A stretch of DNA of 64,000 nucleotides from Bacillota bacterium (GTDB lineage Bacteria; Bacillota_I; Bacilli_A; RF39; UBA660), in NCBI GenBank assembly GCA_003524085.1, contig DOEC01000021.1, positions 70,477 through 134,476 on the forward strand, given 5' to 3'. The notes under the pieces are model-generated. The model was not told where the DNA came from, made no database searches, and was given only the letters and a program-made list of their open reading frames with translations. Positions 9,859 to 17,840 of the stretch are shown piece by piece (positions within the stretch are counted from its first letter, which is position 1; every line of letters begins with the position of its first letter). A program made the position numbers and the translations under genes.

Positions 9859-10758
9859 ATGTACTGGGAAATTGTTCTTATTCTTTTTATACTTCTGTTT
9901 ATGATTATTTATAGAAGAAGTAGTGGAGAGAAGTTTTATAAATATATTTCTAGAAGTGTCCTAAATATTTATGACAAGTATGCCCCTTATACATTTAAGA
10001 TGGTAAGAGAGAAAACAAAACAGTTAGGTCAAGAATATACACCTAGACAATATACTATTCAAGTAGCAATATTTGCAGGTGGTGCGGCTATAGTATCATA
10101 TTTATACTTTTATAGCTTAATTATTTCAATATTTTATGCAATTATAGCAGTTATGTTTATTCCTTATTTGGCATATTTAAGATGCAAAAAAGTTTACAGT
10201 GAATTTATATTTGAACAAATTCAAGTATATTCAACTAACGTTATTATGGAATTTAATACAACGCAGTCTTTTGTTAAATCACTTGAAGGCGTAAGAGATA
10301 GTGGAGTACTTGAAGATCCAATATTAAGTGACGTTAACGAAATGATTAGAATAGCTTATGCTAGTTCAACTATAGATGGTGCAATAGATTATATGAATAG
10401 TAAATATGACTATTATATTGTTAGAAATATGCATCAGTTGTTCTTACAGATTACTAATGAAGGGGCAAAAGATTCAGGTGAAGCACTAGAAGGCATGATG
10501 CAAGACATAGATAGCTTAGTAGAAAACGTGTATAGAGATAGAATGGATAGACAAAGTTTCCATACACATTTCTTAACATTCGGTGTATCATTATATTTCT
10601 TAATTGCATTATTACAAATATTACTTAATAATGAAACGTACATGGAGTTAATAAGCTTGTGGTATGTTAAAATACTACTACATGCAATAATAGTAATAAA
10701 TACGTATTTCTTAGTTAGTGGAGAAAAATATTATAATGAGGATGTGGGCGCAGAATGA
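9859..10758 (+). CDS. TadB-like (GspF/PilC-family) inner-membrane platform protein.
   Basis: 299 aa. N-terminal transmembrane segments, central cytoplasmic domain of about 110 aa and C-terminal transmembrane segments. Follows the TadA-like ATPase. Confidence 0.5.
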   Translation: MYWEIVLILFILLFMIIYRRSSGEKFYKYISRSVLNIYDKYAPYTFKMVREKTKQLGQEYTPRQYTIQVAIFAGGAAIVSYLYFYSLIISIFYAIIAVMFIPYLAYLRCKKVYSEFIFEQIQVYSTNVIMEFNTTQSFVKSLEGVRDSGVLEDPILSDVNEMIRIAYASSTIDGAIDYMNSKYDYYIVRNMHQLFLQITNEGAKDSGEALEGMMQDIDSLVENVYRDRMDRQSFHTHFLTFGVSLYFLIALLQILLNNETYMELISLWYVKILLHAIIVINTYFLVSGEKYYNEDVGAE

Positions 10759-11555
10759 TGTGGGAATTATTAATAGTTGCAGCATTACTTATTATAATAA
10801 TGCTAGCGCAAGGAAAAATTGATGGAAATAAATTTGTAAGAGATAATGAAAAGCTGTTCTTACTTTTAAAAGAAGATGATTATGACTTCTTAGTAATGGC
10901 TAAGTATGGTGAAGGAGTAGATGCAAAGTTACTTTTTGAAAAAAGAATTAAAGATGCTCTTGTTATACTAGTGGGTGTATTCTTCTTCATGTTAATGATG
11001 ACTAAAAAGTTGTCATTTCTAAACTTAATTATATGTTTTGCAGTTGCATACTTTATTTATAAAAGTGGATATTCTAACTTAAAAGCATATTATAAGAAAC
11101 ACTTGCACGAAATAGATTTATTACTTCCATATTATTTAAAGAGTTTGGAAATATTAATTCAACACTATACAGTTCCAGTTGCTTTAAGTAAAAGTATTGA
11201 TACAGCCCCAAGTATATTTAGAGAAGGTTTAAGAGAATTAACAGGTAAAATTAACGCAGGTGACTCTAGTATTGATCCATACATGGATTTTGCTATAAAA
11301 TATCCAGTAAGAGACTCAATGAGAATGATGAGACTTTTATATAGACTTGGTTTGGGTGATCAAGAAAGAAAACAAGAACAATTAATAGTATTCTCTAGAA
11401 CAATATCTAACTTACAAGCCAAAAGTAGGGAAACTAAATATAAAGAAAGACTTGAAAGAATGGAAAAGAAAACTATGGTTATGTTATCAACTACAGGTGT
11501 TGGTGTAATGCTTGTTTTACTTCTTTCAATTCTAAGAACATTTACAAATATGTAA
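10755..11555 (+). CDS. TadC-like (GspF/PilC-family) inner-membrane platform protein.
   Basis: 266 aa. Same topology as the previous gene, with a 4-nt overlap (ATGA-type coupling). Rho-independent terminator at 11555-11577. Confidence 0.5.
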   Translation: MMWELLIVAALLIIIMLAQGKIDGNKFVRDNEKLFLLLKEDDYDFLVMAKYGEGVDAKLLFEKRIKDALVILVGVFFFMLMMTKKLSFLNLIICFAVAYFIYKSGYSNLKAYYKKHLHEIDLLLPYYLKSLEILIQHYTVPVALSKSIDTAPSIFREGLRELTGKINAGDSSIDPYMDFAIKYPVRDSMRMMRLLYRLGLGDQERKQEQLIVFSRTISNLQAKSRETKYKERLERMEKKTMVMLSTTGVGVMLVLLLSILRTFTNM

Positions 11556-11577
11556 GCACATTTTGTGCTTTTTTTTG
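11555..11577 (+). terminator. Rho-independent terminator after the tadC-like gene.
   Basis: Hairpin agcaca-tttt-gtgct followed by T8. Confidence 0.6.
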
Positions 11578-11673
11578 TTGATGTAAAAACATCTTGAAAT
11601 CCGCTTGAAAATTTCACTTTTTTCTTTAAATATTATTTATTTTATACATTGTGTAAAATTTTATAAAAAAATC

Positions 11674-11702
11674 TTGATAAACACTAAAAAATCAAGTATA
11701 AT
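11674..11702 (+). promoter_or_regulatory. Consensus sigma-A promoter (TTGATA-17-TATAAT) overlapped by an inverted repeat, driving the pilin-like gene.
   Basis: ttgata(11674-11679)-17 nt-tataat(11697-11702). The spacer carries the inverted repeat tcttgat...atcaaga, a possible operator. Confidence 0.6.
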
Positions 11703-11734
11703 AATAAATGTAATATAGTAGAGGAGGAGATAAG

Positions 11735-11986
11735 ATGAAAGAAGCTACTGGTGAATTAAATATGACTGTTATTACAGTTGTTGCTATAGCTGCAATTGCT
11801 GGATTATTCTATGCATTCGTTTGGCCTATGATTCAAAGAAGTATTGTTCAAAATACTTGTAATACTATGGGTAATAATTGGACTGCACAAGAAACTACAA
11901 ACGGACAAGTTACTGCTGGTTGTCAAGCAGCAAAAAGTGATAATGCTGGTGGAACAAGTTGGCAATGTTGTCCGCCTACAAACTAA
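11735..11986 (+). CDS. Small pilin-like secreted protein (83 aa), a candidate Flp/Tad-type major pilin with a non-canonical leader.
   Basis: Strong promoter and GGAGGAG ribosome-binding site. Short charged leader MKEATGE followed by a hydrophobic helix LNMTVITVVAIAAIAGLFYAFVW. C-terminal Cys pairs (GCQ...QCCPP). Lies between TadC and the TadE-like gene. Confidence 0.4.
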   Translation: MKEATGELNMTVITVVAIAAIAGLFYAFVWPMIQRSIVQNTCNTMGNNWTAQETTNGQVTAGCQAAKSDNAGGTSWQCCPPTN

Positions 11987-12005
11987 TTAGAAAGAAGGTT
12001 AATGT

Positions 12006-12467
12006 ATGAGAGAAGCATTTGGTGGTTCATGGTTACTTGGTTTCGTGGCGCTATTCATAGTGCTTTTTTCTGCATACCTAGCAGTTTCTATTAATTATAC
12101 TAAAGCTTTTAAAGCTAAAAATAAAATTGTTAGTATAATTGAAGAAAATGAAGGGTTTTCTACTTCTACTGGAAATGTTGCTACTAAAACAGATAACGAT
12201 TTACAGAATAGTAGTAGAACAGAAGATAAAGTTTACTATTATTTAAAGAAATCAGGTTTTGCACTTGATACAGCTAGTTTAAGAGGAAGATGTCCTAATG
12301 GAAGTGATCCTTATACTGGGGGATATTGTGTACAAAAGATGTATACTAGTCAAGGAGCTTACTACAAAGTAACAACTTTTGTTAAACTAGAAATACCTGT
12401 TATATGGGTAAATATTACTGTCCCTGTTAAAGGAGAAACTAAAGTATTATATTATACTAGAGACTAA
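12006..12467 (+). CDS. TadE-like minor pilin or pseudopilin.
   Basis: 153 aa. N-terminus MREAFGGSWLLGFVALFIVLFSAYLAVSINYTKAF resembles the TadE N-terminal domain (short leader, transmembrane helix, then KAF). Confidence 0.4.
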   Translation: MREAFGGSWLLGFVALFIVLFSAYLAVSINYTKAFKAKNKIVSIIEENEGFSTSTGNVATKTDNDLQNSSRTEDKVYYYLKKSGFALDTASLRGRCPNGSDPYTGGYCVQKMYTSQGAYYKVTTFVKLEIPVIWVNITVPVKGETKVLYYTRD

Positions 12468-12478
12468 GGAGAAAACAT

Positions 12479-13462
12479 ATGAACGTAATAATAGCTAATA
12501 AATATAAAGAAATGTTAATGAACCTTGATATAGAAGTTATTAAGTCTATTGAGGGAGAATTTGATGTAGATGAAATTATAAACAATTTTACTAATTTCTA
12601 TTTTGATAGAATGATTTTAGATATTACTGCTATTAAAGATTATCAAGATTTGGACAACTTACAAAAGTTAAGTATAAATTTTGATATGAATAAAGTTATA
12701 CTTTTACTTGATAATAGTGAAGAAAGTAATACAAAAAGTTATTTGTCAAAACTAATTAGTATGGGAATTTATAATTTTACTAGAAATGTGGATGGTATTA
12801 AGTATTTACTTGATAACCCTAATACATATAGAGATGTTGCACATTTACATTCAGTAAACGAAACATCTACTAGTGAAGATGGAATAAGTAGTGTTACTAG
12901 AATAATTGGAGTGAAGTCTTTAACAGAAGGAGCAGGAGCTACAACGCTAGTTTATCTAATGAAAAAACACTTAGAAAGTAATTATAGTGTATGTGCACTT
13001 GAAGTAGATAAAAGAGACTTTGTATATTTTGATTCAAAAGACATGGAAAGTACTACTGGTGTAAATTTAGCTAAAGATATAATGAAAAAAAGAGACTATA
13101 ACGTAGTTTTAGTCGACTTAAATGGGTTTAGTGACCCAGAGGTATGTAATGAAGTACTTTATTTAGTAGAGCCATCTACAATTAAGTTAAATAAATTACT
13201 GATGAAAGATAGACATGCTTTTGAAAAAACTAAAAATGGTAAAGTTGTTTTAGTTAAGAGTAATATCAGTGATGGAGAAATTACTGAGTTCGAATACGAA
13301 ACAAAGTGTAAAGTATTTTATAACTTACCTAATATTGATGAAAGAAAAGAAGTTAGTAAAGATATAAATGGTTTGCTTGCTAAATTAGGTTTTATTAAGC
13401 AAAGTACAGGGGTTAGTAGTGATGATAGTAAAGGTAAATTACTAGGAATGTTTAAGTTTTAA
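12479..13462 (+). CDS. CpaE/TadZ-like protein: pseudo-receiver N-domain plus a MinD/ParA-like domain with a degenerate Walker A.
   Basis: 327 aa. N-terminal receiver-like fold (NVIIANKYKEMLMNLDIEV...). P-loop position reads GVKSLTEGAGATT instead of KGGxGKT. Confidence 0.4.
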   Translation: MNVIIANKYKEMLMNLDIEVIKSIEGEFDVDEIINNFTNFYFDRMILDITAIKDYQDLDNLQKLSINFDMNKVILLLDNSEESNTKSYLSKLISMGIYNFTRNVDGIKYLLDNPNTYRDVAHLHSVNETSTSEDGISSVTRIIGVKSLTEGAGATTLVYLMKKHLESNYSVCALEVDKRDFVYFDSKDMESTTGVNLAKDIMKKRDYNVVLVDLNGFSDPEVCNEVLYLVEPSTIKLNKLLMKDRHAFEKTKNGKVVLVKSNISDGEITEFEYETKCKVFYNLPNIDERKEVSKDINGLLAKLGFIKQSTGVSSDDSKGKLLGMFKF

Positions 13463-13515
13463 TGTAAGTATAATAAAAACGAGTTATTCGTTTTTTTAAT
13501 AGGAAGGAATTAATA

Positions 13516-15039
13516 ATGAAGAAAAAGATAGTAATAGTAATATTTATAAGTATAGCAATAATATTAGGCGGTGTTGGGTTGTATGTGAATTTAAATAAAG
13601 GAGAATCTAAGCCTAAAGAGGATAAGTTTTTAGAAGTGGATAATAACTTAGTAACTAAAAATATAATTAATAATAATGAACTAAGTGAGTTTGATTTATA
13701 TTTCTTAAATGAAATATCAAAAGATAAAAATACAGTTTATAGTCCAATGAGTATAAAATATGCTCTAAAATTAATTGACGATATGGCGAATGGCGAAAGT
13801 AAAGACCAAATAGCTAAAATACTTAATAACTATAAAATAACTAATTTTAATAATAATGATAATATCACTAATTTAAGTACTATATTTATAACTAATAATT
13901 TTAAGAATAGTGTAAATAAATCATTTAAAAGTGATGTAAATTCTGATATTGTTTACTTTAAAAATAATGAAGAAATAAACAAGTATATAAGTAATAAAAC
14001 TAATAACAAAATAACTAAAATAGTAGAAGGTGAAGAATATGACTTTATAGTAAACAATTCTTTATTAATAGATATGGAATGGAAAAATAGGATACAAGCA
14101 TTAGCAGAAACAAAACCATATTTTAATGTACATTATTCTCATGAAGATTTTAGTGCAACTGTAAGTAGTTTTGAAGAAAGAAAAGATAATTTTACTTTTA
14201 ATGATAAGAGTAATAAAGATTATGCTGAGTTTGCAAGTGTTATTAATAAATATGATATTATTAATACTATAGGTTTAGATAATATTAAGAATGATATATC
14301 CACAAGATATAATAATTGGTTAGCAAGTGGTAGTGAAAATGCTTGTGACACAATTGATACTACAGAAGAATACGTAAATAAGTATATTAGTGAAATAAGT
14401 GCTAATTATAAGAAGATAGATAGTTCAACAGATTATAGATATTACATTGACGATGAAGTTAAAGTGTTTTCTAAAGAATTAAAAGAGTATAATGGTACTA
14501 AACTAGAATATATTGGTATAATGCCTATAAAACAAGATTTAAATACTTATGCTAATAATTTAAGTGTAGATAAAATAAATAATTTAATAAATAGTTTGAT
14601 AAATATAGAGTATAATAACTTTGAAGAAGGATATATTACTTACATACATGGTAGAATACCTTTATTTAAATATAACTATGATTTAGAGTTAACCGATAAT
14701 CTTAAAAAATTAAATATACAAGATGTATTTAGTTATAGTAAATCTGACTTGAGTAACATATTTAAAACTAATGTATACTTAGACAATATCAAAAACTCTA
14801 CAGAAATATCATTTACAAATGATGGAATTAAAGCTTCTAGTATTACGAGTGCTTATGGTTATGGTGCAGGAGACTGTGGATTTGATTATCTATTTGAAGT
14901 ACCGGTAAAAGAAATAGATATGACTATAGATAAACCATTTATATATTTAATAAGAGATAAAAATACTAAAGAAGTATGGTTTATTGGTAGTGTTAATGAT
15001 GCAAGTGACTATGTCAAACAAATTAATAGTACTAAATAA
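13516..15039 (+). CDS. Membrane-anchored serpin (serine protease inhibitor family).
   Basis: N-terminal transmembrane segment IVIVIFISIAIILGGVGLYV. Serpin N-terminal motif NTVYSPMSIKYALKLIDDMANGESKDQIAKIL. C-terminal serpin signature PFIYLIRDKNTKEVWFIGSVNDAS preceded by a hinge and reactive-centre-loop-like GIKASSITSAYGYGAG. Terminator at about 13470-13497 upstream. Confidence 0.75.
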   Translation: MKKKIVIVIFISIAIILGGVGLYVNLNKGESKPKEDKFLEVDNNLVTKNIINNNELSEFDLYFLNEISKDKNTVYSPMSIKYALKLIDDMANGESKDQIAKILNNYKITNFNNNDNITNLSTIFITNNFKNSVNKSFKSDVNSDIVYFKNNEEINKYISNKTNNKITKIVEGEEYDFIVNNSLLIDMEWKNRIQALAETKPYFNVHYSHEDFSATVSSFEERKDNFTFNDKSNKDYAEFASVINKYDIINTIGLDNIKNDISTRYNNWLASGSENACDTIDTTEEYVNKYISEISANYKKIDSSTDYRYYIDDEVKVFSKELKEYNGTKLEYIGIMPIKQDLNTYANNLSVDKINNLINSLINIEYNNFEEGYITYIHGRIPLFKYNYDLELTDNLKKLNIQDVFSYSKSDLSNIFKTNVYLDNIKNSTEISFTNDGIKASSITSAYGYGAGDCGFDYLFEVPVKEIDMTIDKPFIYLIRDKNTKEVWFIGSVNDASDYVKQINSTK

Positions 15040-15144
15040 AGCAATTGAGTAAATAAAGCAAAGTGTGTAATTAATTAAGTACAAAATATTGACTTTTTGT
15101 ACTTAATATGGTATAATTATATTCAATTAAGGGGGTAAATTTTT

Positions 15145-15867
15145 ATGGAAATTAAAAATTTAAAAGAAAAATATGGTAGTAAAGTACTATCAACATTACT
15201 AGCTGGGTCTATTATGATGAGTATGGCAACTGCTACAAATGCAAAGGAAATTGAAAAGGAAGGTAAAAGTGATACTGTTTTAGAACAAGTTGATAATCAA
15301 TACAACGTTATTGTTAATGGTAGACTATTAAAAGTTAATGTATTAAATTATCATGCTGATACTTATTTACCTGTAAGACAAATAGTTGAAAGCGTTAATG
15401 GTGAAGTAAACTGGCAAAAGGCTATTACTTATATAACAATAAATGGAAAACAATATATGGTTTCTCCATATAGTAATTTACTAGGACTAGCTGATGAAGT
15501 AACTTCTGAAAGAGATATTATAGAGATGAGTAAAGAAGTAGTATATTATAATAATATGCTATATGCACCAATTGAAATGTTTAAAATAATTGGAAGTAAC
15601 ATTCAAATTAATGAAGATACTAAAACAGTTATTATATCAAAAGATTTAAATTATATTAATACTTTACAAAATTATAATTTACAAGAAAAGTTTGGAAAAA
15701 TAGTATATGATGGAGTAGAAATAGATCAAGAAACAGCAATTATATTACAACAAGATACAAATAACATTGTAATTGAAACAGTAGATGGATTATATATATA
15801 CTCATATCAATATATGTCTGAAATAGAATATCAAGGTAAATTTGATAATAAAGTATTAAGTAAATAG
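15145..15867 (+). CDS. Secreted protein with a copper-amine-oxidase N-terminal-like (stalk) domain.
   Basis: Signal peptide. VNGRLLKVNVLNYHADTYLPVRQIVESVNGEVNWQKAITYITINGKQYMV matches the clostridial Cu_amine_oxidN1 repeat. TTGACT-17-TATAAT promoter at 15097-15125. Confidence 0.5.
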   Translation: MEIKNLKEKYGSKVLSTLLAGSIMMSMATATNAKEIEKEGKSDTVLEQVDNQYNVIVNGRLLKVNVLNYHADTYLPVRQIVESVNGEVNWQKAITYITINGKQYMVSPYSNLLGLADEVTSERDIIEMSKEVVYYNNMLYAPIEMFKIIGSNIQINEDTKTVIISKDLNYINTLQNYNLQEKFGKIVYDGVEIDQETAIILQQDTNNIVIETVDGLYIYSYQYMSEIEYQGKFDNKVLSK

Positions 15868-15980
15868 TAAAAAATCATAATAAAATGTTGATTTTACTTA
15901 AATTATATGTAAACTTAACAAAAACATTTGACATTATTAGTATTTTATATTAAAATAATTATCAGAAAGAGGGAAGAAAT

Positions 15981-16337
15981 ATGAATTATTTATTTTTATT
16001 AGGAATGTGTAGCGATTTGAGTGTTGTGTGGACAATATTCGGATATATTATTTGGGGAATTAAGGTAGTAGTGCCTTTATTATTAATTATATCTGGTATG
16101 ATTACAATGGCTCATGCAGTTATGGAAAAAGATGAGAAGAAAATTAAAGATGCACAAAAATTATTGGTACAAAAGATAATCGCAGCTGTTATCGTTTATT
16201 TAGTAATAGCTTTAACTGGTGTTATAGTTAGCTTAGTTGCTAGTGGTGATTGGCAAAGTTGTGCAAATTGTGCATTCCATCCATTTGATAAATCAGCTGG
16301 TTGCGGAATAACTAAAACACCAATAGAAAATAACTAG
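15981..16337 (+). CDS. Small two-transmembrane-helix membrane protein, a VirB2/TrbC-like (pilin-like) candidate.
   Basis: 118 aa. Two hydrophobic helices separated by a Lys-rich loop (AHAVMEKDEKKIKDAQKLL), C-terminal Cys motif CANCAF. Architecture and length match T4SS VirB2/TrbC family. Terminator at 16349-16372. Confidence 0.4.
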   Translation: MNYLFLLGMCSDLSVVWTIFGYIIWGIKVVVPLLLIISGMITMAHAVMEKDEKKIKDAQKLLVQKIIAAVIVYLVIALTGVIVSLVASGDWQSCANCAFHPFDKSAGCGITKTPIENN

Positions 16338-16409
16338 AATTAGTAAATTAGCACTTTTATAAGTGCTTTTTTTATGATATAATGTTAAGTAGTGGGAGTG
16401 TGACTAGCT

Positions 16410-17828
16410 ATGAAAAAATATTTTAAATATTTATTAATTAGTATTTTCAGTTTTATTTGTTTGACAAATATTTTAAATGCCGAAACTTTAGAGTGTAGAT
16501 ATGCTTTTGAAGCAAATGGCAATAATGATGGAAAAAATGCATCAAAAATCAGACTTAAGTTTGATGTAAACACTTCTAATCAAACTTATACTGTTCAAGG
16601 AAGAGATGATGCTAATTTTGATCAATATAAAAATATGACTTATTGGAAACAAAGTTATAATGAAGGTAAAGATGGAACGAATAATTCATATACACCTTCA
16701 TCTTACAAAAATGATAATAATTTAGTAAAAGTAGCTTCTGGTGACTCTTTTTATTATGTTGTGTTTGGTACTAATAAACCGGGCATTATTGATACGACTG
16801 GATACATTGGCTCGATACGTGTCAATGGAGTACCTACTTATCAAGAATTATTTTCAAATGGTGTGAAATGTCCAAACCTTAGAGTCAGTTTAGATCACAA
16901 TTATGAAGAAAATGGAAAAATTAAAGGCACAGATATTTTTAGAGCTAAAGTTAATAAAGTAATGTATGATTTTGCTGTTATTTATACTAGTGTAGGAAAT
17001 GTTGGAATGACACAAATAACTAGTTCGGGAGAAAGTATCACGGGCGATCAAGACAACACCAATAATAAAACAACTTATAGGGCAGCTATAGATAGTACTT
17101 CAATTGCTAATTTGTATTCATTTCAACAAACTACTGTGTCTGAAATTAACATTATAACAACAGCCTATAGTGATGGAAAATATCATATAAAAATGAATGA
17201 AAGCTGTTCTTCAGGAAATAATTGTTATGTTAATGAAAACGATGATATTGTATGGAGTAATGGAAGTTATGTTATTTTTAAAGAAGACTGGAATTCTTTA
17301 AAAGCTAAAATGCCTTTTGATTCAAGTAAAACAGGACAACAGAGCGTTAGTTTATACATAACTCCAGTTCAAACAGGAGGATTTGGTAATTATAGATATT
17401 ATTATTCTGTGACAGCTAATGGAAATAGTAATAAAGAAGGTGTTACGAATACAGCGGAATCTTCGGAAGCTAATGGAAATTATGATATGGACACTGATCC
17501 TAAATTTAAAGTTATTGATAAAGTAGTAAGTTCAAATTTAGGAAGTTGTGTTAATTATTTAGGAGAGGCAAGTAACCCCGATTCTGTAGCTGGTTACTTA
17601 CAAAAAGCATTTAATATTATTAAAGTTGTGGCTATTTTATTAGCGATTGTGTTTAGTATGATAGATTTTAGTGGCGCAATTACTAGCGATAAAACAGATG
17701 TTAAAAAAACTGGATTAAAATGTGCTAAAAGATTAATAGTTGTGTTAGTACTATTACTTTTACCAACACTTATAGATATGGTTGGAAATATAATTGGAAT
17801 TACTGATATTCTATGTGGTATTAAATAG
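16410..17828 (+). CDS. Secreted protein with a large extracellular domain and a C-terminal VirB2/TrbC-like two-transmembrane module (paralogous to the end of 15981..16337).
   Basis: Signal peptide. C-terminal roughly 100 aa (AFNIIKVVAILLAIVFSMIDFSGAITSDKTDVKKTGLKCAKRLIVVLVLLLLPTLIDMVGNII) parallels the 118-aa protein helix-loop-helix pattern. Confidence 0.45.
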   Translation: MKKYFKYLLISIFSFICLTNILNAETLECRYAFEANGNNDGKNASKIRLKFDVNTSNQTYTVQGRDDANFDQYKNMTYWKQSYNEGKDGTNNSYTPSSYKNDNNLVKVASGDSFYYVVFGTNKPGIIDTTGYIGSIRVNGVPTYQELFSNGVKCPNLRVSLDHNYEENGKIKGTDIFRAKVNKVMYDFAVIYTSVGNVGMTQITSSGESITGDQDNTNNKTTYRAAIDSTSIANLYSFQQTTVSEINIITTAYSDGKYHIKMNESCSSGNNCYVNENDDIVWSNGSYVIFKEDWNSLKAKMPFDSSKTGQQSVSLYITPVQTGGFGNYRYYYSVTANGNSNKEGVTNTAESSEANGNYDMDTDPKFKVIDKVVSSNLGSCVNYLGEASNPDSVAGYLQKAFNIIKVVAILLAIVFSMIDFSGAITSDKTDVKKTGLKCAKRLIVVLVLLLLPTLIDMVGNIIGITDILCGIK

Positions 17829-17840
17829 GAAGGAGAATAT

